Shown here: positions 47,690-57,244 of the stretch, one piece after another
Layout: each line of letters opens with the position of its first letter
How positions within the stretch are numbered: the first letter of the stretch is position 1
Assembly (NCBI GenBank): GCA_041750285.1
Contig: JBGSZS010000018.1
Coordinates: 288,001 to 352,000 of the forward strand
Direction of reading: 5' to 3'
From: Candidatus Fermentibacteraceae bacterium
GTDB lineage: Bacteria > Fermentibacterota > Fermentibacteria > Fermentibacterales > JCC-6
DNA length: 64,000 nt
Program-made: the position numbers and the translations under genes
The notes under the pieces: model-generated
Database searches by the model: none
What the model saw: the letters and a program-made list of their open reading frames with translations, nothing else
What the model was told of the DNA's origin: nothing

Positions 47690-47910
47690 GATACTTTCCT
47701 GGTCCGGCGCTTAATACGATCTCTACCCGCCGGACGCGTGGGAAAGAAAGGACCGCAACTTTTGCGGTATTGAGTGAAGGGGGTTTACAAAAACCTTGTT
47801 TCCCCCGGTTTGAAGCGTATCATACACAACGGGAAGCGAATATGCAAATCACTCGCAGCGGGTCATGCGAATCAGAGTCAGTGAGAGTGGGTGCTGATGT
47901 GAATTGCTGG

Positions 47911-48336
47911 ATGGTTCCGGACACGGCAGACCGGTTGACCGTTCCCATCGTTATGGCTTGCGGTCTGCTCTTCTCGCCGTCATGCTCATCGGGGGAAAGC
48001 GTACTTGTTTCCCCCTCGGGAGAGTACGTTGCATTCCTCTCGATCCAGTCTCTTCCCGAAGGATACGGTGTCTGGGTCGTCAATGTAACCGGCGGTGAAG
48101 ACAGGGTCCTTCTGGCTGAAGTAATGCCCGACCACCCCGCCTCGCTCATGGCGTACCTGGCCTGGGACGACGACGACAGGTTGTGGTGGTACGGCAGTGA
48201 TGACGGCAGTGTATTTTACTGGGTCCGGTCCGGAACGGCATGGACACGCTGCACATACTCCTCCGGCGGCGATGAAGGGCCTGTTCCCCCGCCCAGCCTG
48301 TTCACGTGCGGGAACAGGACCCGGTCAGGGAGGTAG
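47911..48336 (+). CDS. Hypothetical protein, possible lipoprotein (start uncertain)
   Basis: Hydrophobic stretch then SC; SPSGEY, W.DDDRLW..SD.G. Confidence 0.5.
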   Translation: MVPDTADRLTVPIVMACGLLFSPSCSSGESVLVSPSGEYVAFLSIQSLPEGYGVWVVNVTGGEDRVLLAEVMPDHPASLMAYLAWDDDDRLWWYGSDDGSVFYWVRSGTAWTRCTYSSGGDEGPVPPPSLFTCGNRTRSGR

Positions 48337-48373
48337 AGTTTCGGGCTTGTTCCATTCAGAAGGAGTGATCGAT

Positions 48374-49135
48374 ATGAAACGGCTTATCTCGACGGCGATC
48401 CTGGTTCTTCTTGTTTCAGGCTGCTCCGATTCACCCGGCGCCCCGGCTGGAACCCTCCCTGTCGTTCAGAACTGCAGGATTGTAACCGGGGCGTGCAGGG
48501 GTGACACCGTAACCGTGGCTTGGGATCCCGTCTCAGTGGAGGTGGATGGCTACAGGGTCTGGTATTCGACAACGAACCCGGGGAACTGGCAGATCATTGC
48601 CCAGGTGGAAGCGACCACGGCTGTGCACATCGCCTCGAGCACCGGCTACTACTGCGTGGATGCCATTGACGGCATCAATTCTTCAGAGGACCAGTCAAAC
48701 AAGGCCGACGACAGGGCGGAGATGTTCGCGCTCGACGATACTCTCCACGCTTCGGGGAACAACGGAATACGGTTCCTTCCAACCCATGTGGCTTTCGGTG
48801 ACGCGAGTGACCCGTCGTTCAGGCAGGACCTGTATGTGAGGTGGGAAGGTGACACCGCCCTGTTCTGCCGCGGCAACTACGATCCCGAGGGTTACCCCGG
48901 CGGCACCTACAGCCATGTCGCCCTGGCTTCCAACACCCTTGCCCCCGGTCCCGGTGATTCGGCCTGGCAAAGCACCATCGCCGCCCAGAGCGGAGCCTCC
49001 TACTTCGTCTCCCTTGAGAGTGGTGATTACGCAATGCTGAGCGTTGATTCCGTAAGTTCAGACATGGTTCTGCTGGGTTTCAGCCAGTATCAGACCATTG
49101 CAGGACTCAGGCTCTTCAACCCTTTCCTTTTCTGA
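48374..49135 (+). CDS. Lipoprotein with an FN3-like domain (paralog of 9978..10796)
   Basis: AAGGAG SD; lipobox VSGC; colinear similarity to the 9978 protein. Confidence 0.8.
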   Translation: MKRLISTAILVLLVSGCSDSPGAPAGTLPVVQNCRIVTGACRGDTVTVAWDPVSVEVDGYRVWYSTTNPGNWQIIAQVEATTAVHIASSTGYYCVDAIDGINSSEDQSNKADDRAEMFALDDTLHASGNNGIRFLPTHVAFGDASDPSFRQDLYVRWEGDTALFCRGNYDPEGYPGGTYSHVALASNTLAPGPGDSAWQSTIAAQSGASYFVSLESGDYAMLSVDSVSSDMVLLGFSQYQTIAGLRLFNPFLF

Positions 49136-49175
49136 GAAACTCCGGGAAGTTCATCAGAAAAACGATTGGTGCCAT

Positions 49176-49985
49176 ATGACAAGGGACTACGAGGCGGAGA
49201 GGATCAACCGTGCCTGCTGGGACGAGATGGCGCCTGTCCATGACCGGTCCTACGACATGTCGGCGCTCCTCGCGGGGGGGCACAGGCTTGACCATGTGCA
49301 GGTCGGCGAGATAGGCGATTTGCGAGGAAAGAGGGTGCTTCACCTTCAATGCCACATAGGGACCGACACGCTCTCACTCGCAAGGCTGGGGGCGGATGTC
49401 ACGGGCGTGGACTTCTCGGCCGGGTCACTGGAGGCCGCGGTGGAACTTTCGAGAAAGACGGGGCTTGAAGCCCGGTTCATCCTTTCCCCGATCTACGACC
49501 TGCGTGATCATCTCACCGAGAAGTTCGACCTGGTATATACCTCCATCGGCGTTCTTTGCTGGAACTCCGACATCAACCTGTGGGCCGGCATCGTGGCCGA
49601 TTTCCTCAAGCCGGGGGGAAAGTTCTACCTGATGGAGTCACACCCCTTCCTGAACGTATTCGACGACGAAGCAAGCTCGCTCGTTGTTTCCAACCCCTAT
49701 TTCACGGGGGGAAAACCCAGGGACTGGCCCGGGGGGTCTCCGGACTACGCCGACGAAAGCTACATTGTCAGGAACTCGACGAGAGAATTCACCTGGACGT
49801 TGGGGAACGTGCACAACGCACTCGTCGATGCCGGGCTTCGGATCGAGTGGATACACGAATTCGACTTCCTGCACTGGAAGGCCCTAGAGTGCATGGAGCC
49901 CTGCGGGGACGGCTTCTGGCGCCTGCCTGAGCCCCTGAACATGATACCGCTTCTCTTCAGCCTCATGGCGGAAAAGCCCGGGTGA
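49176..49985 (+). CDS. Class I SAM-dependent methyltransferase
   Basis: N...WD, LHLQCHIG.DTLS, GVDFS, FDLVYTS.G, LKPGG, HP. Confidence 0.92.
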   Translation: MTRDYEAERINRACWDEMAPVHDRSYDMSALLAGGHRLDHVQVGEIGDLRGKRVLHLQCHIGTDTLSLARLGADVTGVDFSAGSLEAAVELSRKTGLEARFILSPIYDLRDHLTEKFDLVYTSIGVLCWNSDINLWAGIVADFLKPGGKFYLMESHPFLNVFDDEASSLVVSNPYFTGGKPRDWPGGSPDYADESYIVRNSTREFTWTLGNVHNALVDAGLRIEWIHEFDFLHWKALECMEPCGDGFWRLPEPLNMIPLLFSLMAEKPG

Positions 49986-50184
49986 CGCCCCCCCTCCTGT
50001 TCCCCGGGATGGCGGCTTCCGGGAAAGGGTGGCTTGCCCGTCCGTGTGACAGCGACGCCGTGTCAGAACCCTGACTGAAGCTGTCACGTCTTTCTGCGAC
50101 AGGCATGTCCCGGCATATTCAGTGTGTTTTCACTGGTGCGGTGTCGGGCGCCCGCACCAGGTTCTTCCGGGCGGGAGAAGTACA

Positions 50185-51102
50185 TTGTTCCATCTGTTCA
50201 TGGCCGTTCTATGCAGTTCTTCAGTCGCCGTTCTTCTTCGTGTTTCCGGACGTCTTGGTCTCAGGAAACTTGAAGTCATCGCGGTGAACTACCTCACCGC
50301 AGTCGTGGTATCACTTCTTATCCAGGGCGGGAGCATCGGGACCTCCTTCGGGACCGTTGATGCACTGGCAAGGCATTTCGTCCGCGGTGGCGGTCCGATC
50401 CCTGCCCACCACGGTGGGGTTCTCTGGGGCATCGCCGCCGGAATTCCTCTGGGGGTCGTTTACTTCATGGCGTTCATGGTTTACAGGAAGGCTCTTCGTG
50501 AGAACGGCCTCGGGCTGTCCGGCGGATTCGCAAAAATGGGAATTCTCATGCCCATGGCGCTTTCGATGCTCATATGGGGAGAGCTCCCGGGGACGATTCA
50601 GTGGGCCGGCATTGCCCTTGCAGTTGCCGCCGTTTTCATCGGGGCGTTCAGGGGCGCCCGGGAGGGAACCGGCAGGTTCACGCCGGTGCTCTTTCTTCTG
50701 TTTGCTGCGAACGGCATGGCCGAGTTCGGAAGCAAGGTGTACCAGCGCCTTGGGGGTGTGGAGGATCGTGATTTCTTCCTTCTCTGGGTCTTTGGGGTCG
50801 CTTTCCTCTGCTCGGTTCTCTGCATCGTCAAGATGGGCGGGAAGGATCCGGAGAGAAGTGGGTTCAGACCTTTGTCAGCCGCGCTGGGTGTCCCGCTCGG
50901 GCTTGTCAACTACTTCAGCTCATGGTTCCTCATCCCCGCTCTTGGTGAACTCAACTCCTCCGTTGTATTCTCTGTCTTCGGCGCGGGAACGGTCGCCCTT
51001 CTTTCAGTGACTGGCGTCGCGGCATTCGGTGAACGGCTGGATGGACGGCGGTGGGCTTCACTCGCCATGGTGACCGCCTCCCTTGTGCTGGTGAACATGT
51101 GA
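50185..51102 (+). CDS. DMT/EamA-like transporter
   Basis: About 10 TM in two repeats; VNY, W.E.P, FGE.L; TTG start after GGAG. Confidence 0.8.
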   Translation: MFHLFMAVLCSSSVAVLLRVSGRLGLRKLEVIAVNYLTAVVVSLLIQGGSIGTSFGTVDALARHFVRGGGPIPAHHGGVLWGIAAGIPLGVVYFMAFMVYRKALRENGLGLSGGFAKMGILMPMALSMLIWGELPGTIQWAGIALAVAAVFIGAFRGAREGTGRFTPVLFLLFAANGMAEFGSKVYQRLGGVEDRDFFLLWVFGVAFLCSVLCIVKMGGKDPERSGFRPLSAALGVPLGLVNYFSSWFLIPALGELNSSVVFSVFGAGTVALLSVTGVAAFGERLDGRRWASLAMVTASLVLVNM

Positions 51103-51115
51103 GGCTGAGGTTTTC

Positions 51116-52489
51116 TTGAGCAGAACTCCGGGATTTCTGGGAACCGAGCCGGTGGGCAGGCTTCTTTTCAGGATGTCTGCCCCATCGGTTACGGCGATGC
51201 TGGTGAATTCCCTTTACAACCTTGTCGACACGATCTTCGTGGGACACGGCGTGGGCACCGACGCCCTGGCGGCACTGGCGGTCTGTTTCCCCATTCAGAT
51301 GTTCATCCTGGCCGCCGCGCAGACCGCAGGAATAGGCAGTGCTTCGGTCATCAGCAGGGCTCTCGGGGCGGGTAATGTTGAACGGGCGGGAAGGGCGGCC
51401 AGTTCTTCCTTTCTGCTCGCCTCGGTGTCCGCGGTAGTGGTCTGCACCGCGGGGCTTCTTTTCATGAAGCCCATCCTGAGCCTCTTCGGAGCAAGCGGGG
51501 CTGTCCTTGCACCGGCTTCCGAGTACATGTCGGTCATCTACTTCGGCGGGGTTTTCTTCGCTCTCTCCGTCAACGGTAACAACCTTCTCAGGGCCGAAGG
51601 GAAGGCAAGGCTGGCCATGACCACCATGGTTGTCGGCGCAGTTTCGAACATGCTCCTCGACCCTCTTTTCATATTCGGCTTCGGATGGGGCATCAGGGGA
51701 GCGGCCATAGCGACGGTGCTATCGCAATTCATCTCATTCAGCTACATATCCAGCGTCTTTCTGAGGGGAAAGAGCGCTCTGGTCATCAGGAAGGTCTGGA
51801 TGGTGCCCAGGCTGTCCGAAGCGCTCGAGGTCCTGTCAGTGGGTGTGGCTTCGTTTGCCAGGGTGTGTGCCGGAAGCCTGATGGCGATCGCCGTGAACCG
51901 CTCCATTGTGCACTACGGTTCATCCCTTGAACTGGCGGTCTTCGGAGTGGTGAACAGGATCCTGATGATGTGCTTCATGCCGGTGTTCGGCCTGGCCCAG
52001 GGTCTGCAGCCGGTTCTTGGCTACAACTATGGCGCGGGGCTCGGAAAAAGGGCCGTCCGTGCGGTAAAACTAGCTGTCCTTTCCGCTTCCGCACTGACCG
52101 CTGTCGCCTTCTTCCTCGGGGTCATTATTCCCGGGCAGGTACTCTCGGTCTTCAGCAGCGATGACAAACTGCTGGCAGCAGGCCCTTCGATTTTCAGAAC
52201 GATAACCGCCGGGATGTTCTTCGTGGGTGCCCAGGTGGTCGGGGCATCGGTGTTCCAGACCCTGGGCAGGGCCGGTATGGCGTTCCTGCTGTCCATATCA
52301 AGGCAGGTTCTCTTCGTGATCCCTCTGGTGCTTCTGCTCCCCGGTGTCACGAACCCACCACTTCTGGGCGTCTGGTCGGCTCTTCCCCTGGCAGATTTCC
52401 TCTCATTCCTTGTAACCGGCTCCTTCCTCCTGCGGGAGATGAGAAAATTGAGGGGTGCTTCTTCTGAGAGTCCTGATCTCGGTCAGTAA
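51116..52489 (+). CDS. MATE family efflux transporter (MepA-like)
   Basis: LYNLVDTIFVG, LRAEG, LDPLFIF.FGWGI.GAA.AT, QP.LGYNYGA. Confidence 0.95.
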   Translation: MSRTPGFLGTEPVGRLLFRMSAPSVTAMLVNSLYNLVDTIFVGHGVGTDALAALAVCFPIQMFILAAAQTAGIGSASVISRALGAGNVERAGRAASSSFLLASVSAVVVCTAGLLFMKPILSLFGASGAVLAPASEYMSVIYFGGVFFALSVNGNNLLRAEGKARLAMTTMVVGAVSNMLLDPLFIFGFGWGIRGAAIATVLSQFISFSYISSVFLRGKSALVIRKVWMVPRLSEALEVLSVGVASFARVCAGSLMAIAVNRSIVHYGSSLELAVFGVVNRILMMCFMPVFGLAQGLQPVLGYNYGAGLGKRAVRAVKLAVLSASALTAVAFFLGVIIPGQVLSVFSSDDKLLAAGPSIFRTITAGMFFVGAQVVGASVFQTLGRAGMAFLLSISRQVLFVIPLVLLLPGVTNPPLLGVWSALPLADFLSFLVTGSFLLREMRKLRGASSESPDLGQ

Positions 52490-53429
52490 CCACGGGTGGG
52501 GTCACGCCGCCAGACAGAGGGAACTGGTCCGGCTGTTGTCTTCGAGCGTACACGGTCTGGAGATACATGTCGCTTCAGGGGCGCCGCCATGGTTCTGGCA
52601 TGGAAGCCCGCTTGCCCGGCTTCATCCGCCAACCTCTTCTCCCCTTCCAGTTGATGCCGGGGGAGACGTTGATCTTGAACTTACCGAGACGGCCCTTCTT
52701 TCTTTCACCAACGGCATGAGAAACAACCTTGAGCTCGAGAGGGCCCGAATCCACCTTCTCTCACCCGACCTGCTCCTCAGTGACGTCGATCCCCTGCCGG
52801 TGCTTGCCTGCTCTGATCTGGGCATTCCGGCTTTCGTACTGGGCAACTTCACATGGGACTGGATCCATGCGAACCTGTTTCCGGGCCGTTCGTCCGAGTG
52901 CTCCAGGATATCATGGGCCTACTCGAGGGCCACGTATCTGCGCCTGCCCATGGGTCCGGGTTACTCACCCTGCGTCAGCACGACGGAAATGCCCCTCCTG
53001 CCGGGGGGCCCCCCCGGAGACGCCCGCCGTGCGCGCATCATCACCGGTGATCGGCCATACACTCTTCTTGCATTCAGGGAAGTGCCGATGGGTGGAATCC
53101 CCTGCACGAAGGGAGAATTCACCGTGGCATCCATGGAAACAAACCTGCTGGGTGCGGAACTATGTGTTCCATACAGGGATATGTTGAGCGCAGGCGTGTC
53201 GTTCTCGGATCTTGTGGCAGGTGCGGACAGGGTCATCTGCAAGGCCGGGTATGGCATCCTGTCGCAACTTCTCGCAGAAGGCAGGGATGCAGTGGTTCTT
53301 TCGGGCAGGCGGTTCCCTGAAGAACCGTTCCTGATTGAGGGATGGAACAGCCTGCGCGGGGATCATGTCGATGGGATGGAGGTCAGGCAGGTTTTCATCG
53401 AGTCATTCATCAGAGCCTGCGGGCTTTGA
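52455..53429 (+). CDS. GT-B-like hypothetical protein (resembles the arabinokinase N-terminal domain)
   Basis: S.HGWGHAAR, SD..P, NFTWD, DLV...D.VICKAGYG, FPEE. Confidence 0.7.
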   Translation: MLLLRVLISVSNHGWGHAARQRELVRLLSSSVHGLEIHVASGAPPWFWHGSPLARLHPPTSSPLPVDAGGDVDLELTETALLSFTNGMRNNLELERARIHLLSPDLLLSDVDPLPVLACSDLGIPAFVLGNFTWDWIHANLFPGRSSECSRISWAYSRATYLRLPMGPGYSPCVSTTEMPLLPGGPPGDARRARIITGDRPYTLLAFREVPMGGIPCTKGEFTVASMETNLLGAELCVPYRDMLSAGVSFSDLVAGADRVICKAGYGILSQLLAEGRDAVVLSGRRFPEEPFLIEGWNSLRGDHVDGMEVRQVFIESFIRACGL

Positions 53430-53504
53430 ACCCAAGCTTTTCTTTGGGCCGGTTTTGGTGTAGAATCAAAAGTTGTCCGTATTCCCAATTTCAAGGAGAG
53501 TGAA

Positions 53505-55067
53505 ATGCGACTGTTGCCAATTCTGTTTCTGATCGTAGCTTCTTCCGTTTTCGCAGCCCGGGTGAACGGGCCTTCCGAAGCGGCCGACCTCGTCATGGGC
53601 ACCATGATGCTCGACATGGACAGGGTCGAGGTCAGGGTCTTCCCGGCCATTCTCGAGGAGGGTTCCGTTGTCGGGGCATGGTCTTACCCTGGCGTTTTCG
53701 CGCCCTTCCAGTCCTATCTTGTACTGGTTGACGACTTCGCCCTGGCCAACTGGGAGCACCCCTGCCGCTGGGTCTTCGTTTCCCCCCAGGGTGATGTCAG
53801 CACTGAACGCATGACCGTCCCGCCCGACTTCTACGCACGCATGAGCATTGAATACAGCTCACTCCCCGATATCTCGAACCTGATCAAGGGGCAGTACGAA
53901 GACTTCATCGCCTGGTTCGAGCCCAATGTCCAGGCAACACCCGAGCAGGGTCAGCAGATGTACGCCTGGGTCATCTCCGGCGGAGCCAACATGGGCAACA
54001 ACCACATCCGCTACTACGGCGATGTCCAGTTCATCTACAACGTTCTCGTTCACGACTACCTCATCCCGGATGACCACATAATCGTCTGCTTCGCCGACGG
54101 AACGAACCCGGCGCCGGACCAGTCGGGAGGTCTCAACTCGAACCCCGACTTCGACGATGACGGCGACACGGACATCGACTACGACGCCACGACAGCCGGC
54201 GTCACCAGTGGATACAACGCAATTGCCGGCATGGTGGGTCCCGACGACCATCTCTTCATCTTCACCACCGATCACGGCGGTCAGGGCAAGGATGGCGGCA
54301 ATCTGCCGACCGAGGTCCATCTCAATCTCTGGAACGCCACTCTCAACGACGACGACTTCATGACCATGCTCAATGGCATCTCTGCTGCGTCGATCAATGT
54401 CGTGATGGAGCAGTGCTTCTCCGGCGGTTTCCAGCAGGAAGTCATCCATGCCGCCGCCGACCAGCCCCGTTCCTTCGCCAGCGCCGCCAATGCATCCGAG
54501 TCAAGCTGGGCGGGCCAGACATATCCTCAGTACGACGAGTACGTCTACTTCTGGACTGGCGCCGTTCACGGCAGCAGACCCGCCGGCGGTTCCTACCCCG
54601 CAGGCGCACTCCCGGGCGACCCCGACCTTAACAGCGACGGCTACATCTCCATGTGGGAAGCGCACGACCGCGCGAAGGCCTGGGACTACTACGCCCAGAG
54701 CGGCCAGGAACATCCCCAGTGGGACGACCTGCCTGACAGCTGCGGTGAGCTCTACTTCCTCGGCGGCCCCATCCCTGTGGGCACCGAAGGCGGCTTCGTG
54801 GAAGTGCTTCCCGCAACGGGTCTCGGCATCAGCGTGAACCCCGTGAATTCCGGCGCAACGGTGAGCTTCCACATGAACACCACCGCCGTCGCCGAGCTTC
54901 AGGTTCTCGACCTGGCCGGCCGTGTTGTCAGCACGGTCATTTCCGGCATCGTCCAGGCCGGCAACCAGTCTGTTCTTGTTGACTTCTCCGAGCGTCCCTC
55001 CGGCATCTACCTGCTCCGCCTGTCCACCGAAGGCTCCGTCCAGACCCTCAAGGTAGTCCGCTTCTAG
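53505..55067 (+). CDS. C13 (legumain-like) cysteine peptidase with a T9SS-type C-terminal domain
   Basis: Signal peptide; FIFTTDHGG and MEQCFSGGF His-Cys dyad; NPV..LDLAGRVV..SGIYLLRL....KVV. Confidence 0.9.
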   Translation: MRLLPILFLIVASSVFAARVNGPSEAADLVMGTMMLDMDRVEVRVFPAILEEGSVVGAWSYPGVFAPFQSYLVLVDDFALANWEHPCRWVFVSPQGDVSTERMTVPPDFYARMSIEYSSLPDISNLIKGQYEDFIAWFEPNVQATPEQGQQMYAWVISGGANMGNNHIRYYGDVQFIYNVLVHDYLIPDDHIIVCFADGTNPAPDQSGGLNSNPDFDDDGDTDIDYDATTAGVTSGYNAIAGMVGPDDHLFIFTTDHGGQGKDGGNLPTEVHLNLWNATLNDDDFMTMLNGISAASINVVMEQCFSGGFQQEVIHAAADQPRSFASAANASESSWAGQTYPQYDEYVYFWTGAVHGSRPAGGSYPAGALPGDPDLNSDGYISMWEAHDRAKAWDYYAQSGQEHPQWDDLPDSCGELYFLGGPIPVGTEGGFVEVLPATGLGISVNPVNSGATVSFHMNTTAVAELQVLDLAGRVVSTVISGIVQAGNQSVLVDFSERPSGIYLLRLSTEGSVQTLKVVRF

Positions 55068-55103
55068 GGGACGGACTTAGATAGATTAGTTTGCTGGCTT
55101 AAC
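55066..55103 (+). repeat. Left inverted repeat AGGGGACGGACTTAGATAGATTAGTTTGCTGGCTTAAC
   Basis: 32/38 ungapped identity (25 of first 27) to the reverse complement of 56067-56104. Confidence 0.9.
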
Positions 55104-55135
55104 AAGAAGGCCTGGAGTAACTTCCAGGCCTTCTT
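55104..55135. terminator. Perfect 13-bp hairpin, likely a bidirectional terminator or REP-like palindrome
   Basis: aagaaggcctgga-gtaact-tccaggccttctt between convergent genes. Confidence 0.7.
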
Positions 55136-55148
55136 CCATATGGGTGTA

Positions 55149-56000
55149 CTATGCTGTGGTTGCTGTGTGTTCTTTTCTGGAGATACATCTGGCAAGAGCA
55201 GCTGAGGCTGACGGGGTGGCGATACCCAGGTAGGAAGCTGCTTCGGTGATTGTGAACCCACAAGCGCAGACGGCTTCTTCAAGAAAATCCTCTCGAGCCC
55301 TGGAGAGATGGCTCGTTCGGCCACGGCCCCTGATCGCATCAGCCGTGACACGGTGTATCGAGGCTATGGTTTCGATAACGGCATCAAGGTTCGAAACTCC
55401 TTCTTTTATCGACTGCCTGTCTTTGAAACCGCTTGCGACAGATATCTCTCCGTCGGAGATTTGCGTGTCCTGTCTGACTTCGTTGAAGTATTCATCCCTG
55501 CTGCCAAAGATGGCGCATGCCCTGTTGAAATGGGATAGATCGTCAATTCGCGGTGACACTATCTCCCTGTGTCCACACCATGGGTAGCTGTCAAGTTCGG
55601 CTATGCTGTTCACCACCCCGTGCTTCAAAGGGTTTTTATTAACATAGGCAAAAACGGTCCGGCAGTACGATTCGGTTCCTGCAAGCCTGGATTTGTAACG
55701 GCCCTGAAAAAGATACCCCACCCTGTTGTACTTCTCGTTAAAGTGCAGAGAATATCCTGTTAGCGCCCTCCGTATGAATGTTGCCAAGGGCGTGGTCCCG
55801 GTCTCGGTGAGCAGGTGGAAGTGGTTCGGTAGGAAAGACCAGGCATGAATCCTCATGCCGGTTTCCCTCGATAGATACTTCAGCCGGCACAGGAGGTCGT
55901 CATAGTCATCAGGATCACGGAATATTGCCTCCCTGTTGAGACCCCTTGAGATCACATGCTGCAATGCACCCTGCGCGTCGTATCTTGCCTGTCGTCCCAT
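55149..56000 (-). CDS. REP-associated tyrosine transposase-like protein (Y1 HUH) with a C-terminal DnaA-C-like HTH
   Basis: HVISRG.NR..IF....DY, PNHFHLL, R.G.LFQGRYKS, YV.KNP, YPW; C-terminal I.G..R...SRAR...EAA.YLG. Confidence 0.9.
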   Translation of the reverse strand: MGRQARYDAQGALQHVISRGLNREAIFRDPDDYDDLLCRLKYLSRETGMRIHAWSFLPNHFHLLTETGTTPLATFIRRALTGYSLHFNEKYNRVGYLFQGRYKSRLAGTESYCRTVFAYVNKNPLKHGVVNSIAELDSYPWCGHREIVSPRIDDLSHFNRACAIFGSRDEYFNEVRQDTQISDGEISVASGFKDRQSIKEGVSNLDAVIETIASIHRVTADAIRGRGRTSHLSRAREDFLEEAVCACGFTITEAASYLGIATPSASAALARCISRKEHTATTA

Positions 56001-56066
56001 ACAGGTAAGTACGGCTCAAACCTCAATGGATTCAAGGCTCTCAGTTATATCGCAGCACAAGAACAG

Positions 56067-56104
56067 GTTAGCTCAGTAAACTAATCTTTCTTAGTCCGTC
56101 CCCT
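56067..56104 (-). repeat. Right inverted repeat
   Basis: Reverse complement AGGGGACGGACTAAGAAAGATTAGTTTACTGAGCTAAC. Confidence 0.9.
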
Positions 56105-57223
56105 GTACTCGGCAATGGGGTCGACTGGGAGGTTGCTGGTTTCGCGCCAATGCTGGACAACGGGACGGACATCGGTGACGAAGGCATCACGGAGAACACG
56201 GTTGGCTCCTGTCACGTCGGGTGTCTCCTGAAGCTGCTTGAGTTCGTCGGGGTTGACCAGAGACGCACGGGCCAGGGCGTGCAGCGTGTTCTCCACGGCA
56301 GTGAGCATGTTCTCCATGGGGTCGTCCACCCGGGTCTCGACCTTCACCTCGATGGCAAGCTTGTCGAGGGCGCACAAACCCGCCCTTTCAGCATTGAGCA
56401 GGTTGAGGAAGAAGCGGAAGAGCGCTCCGGCGTCCATGGAGCCGGCCGGCAGGGCACCCATGCCGAGCCGGTTGTCGCTGATGGCAACACGGCCAAGGAT
56501 CTTCTGGTGAAGCATGGAGACCATGACGCTGTCGAGGCTTTCACCGGGCAGAAGGCTTCCTGTATCGAGAAGAAGCTTGCAGGAAGGATCGGTTTCCCGG
56601 CAGAGCCACGCCGCAGTACCCCAGTCGGGAACCGCCGTGCAGAAGTATGTCGGGTTGTAAGGGCGGAACCCGAGAAGCATGCTCTCACTCTTGCGGATCT
56701 TCAGGCCGATCTGGCGCATTCCCTTGAGTATGGAGTCCAGCATCTCAACGGTGTTCTTCTCACCGGGGGAATCGGCTCCGTCGGGTATCCAGAGAAGGAG
56801 CTGTCGGCAGTTGATGTCCCGCATGAGCTGCTGAACGCTGAGAATGTTGTTGATGCTTGCCACCCTTACCTCGGGGTAGGGGCTGGTAAGCGTTCCATAC
56901 ATGAGCCGGTGGTTCAGCACACCCCGCTTGCGTGGAACCATGGAGTTCACGGCCAGGGTGACCGGTGTGAGGTGGCGTTCCTCGAGGATCCTGTTGACTT
57001 CTTCCGTGTCTTCCTTCTTCTGGATGTCGAGAGGGAATTCGAGGACAACTTCCCTGCACTTTCCGGTTATCTCGGCGAGCATGGCCACATTCGTAAGCCT
57101 GGACTCCACTGTTTCAGGGTCATCGTCGGTGGTGAACCTGGCGAGATTCGTGCCGGCCCGTGATAGAGACCTGGTGGAGACGACAAGCTTCAACGAGTCG
57201 AGTATTTCAGACACAGTTTGCAT
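56081..57223 (-). CDS. L-rhamnose isomerase (RhaI)-like TIM-barrel protein, catalytic and metal residues degenerate
   Basis: G.LTSP..EVR, LW..DG...PG, P..F.TAVPDWGTA, A.LV....L...Q...DV..A..VL.DAF.TDVRP. Confidence 0.75.
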   Translation of the reverse strand: MQTVSEILDSLKLVVSTRSLSRAGTNLARFTTDDDPETVESRLTNVAMLAEITGKCREVVLEFPLDIQKKEDTEEVNRILEERHLTPVTLAVNSMVPRKRGVLNHRLMYGTLTSPYPEVRVASINNILSVQQLMRDINCRQLLLWIPDGADSPGEKNTVEMLDSILKGMRQIGLKIRKSESMLLGFRPYNPTYFCTAVPDWGTAAWLCRETDPSCKLLLDTGSLLPGESLDSVMVSMLHQKILGRVAISDNRLGMGALPAGSMDAGALFRFFLNLLNAERAGLCALDKLAIEVKVETRVDDPMENMLTAVENTLHALARASLVNPDELKQLQETPDVTGANRVLRDAFVTDVRPVVQHWRETSNLPVDPIAEYRGRTKKD

Positions 57224-57244
57224 GCAGCGACCCCTTTCGCCGTT

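Larger units (their letters stand above)
55066..56104. mobile_element. Putative RAYT/HUH element bounded by 38-bp imperfect inverted repeats
   Basis: IRs at 55066-55103 and 56067-56104 enclose a single, visibly AT-richer transposase gene. Confidence 0.65.

Noticed and set aside
55149..56000. IS200/IS605 element with TnpB/omega RNA
   Set aside because: No tnpB/iscB and no room for a guide RNA; the protein has RAYT-type motifs (FQGRY, NP, YPW).
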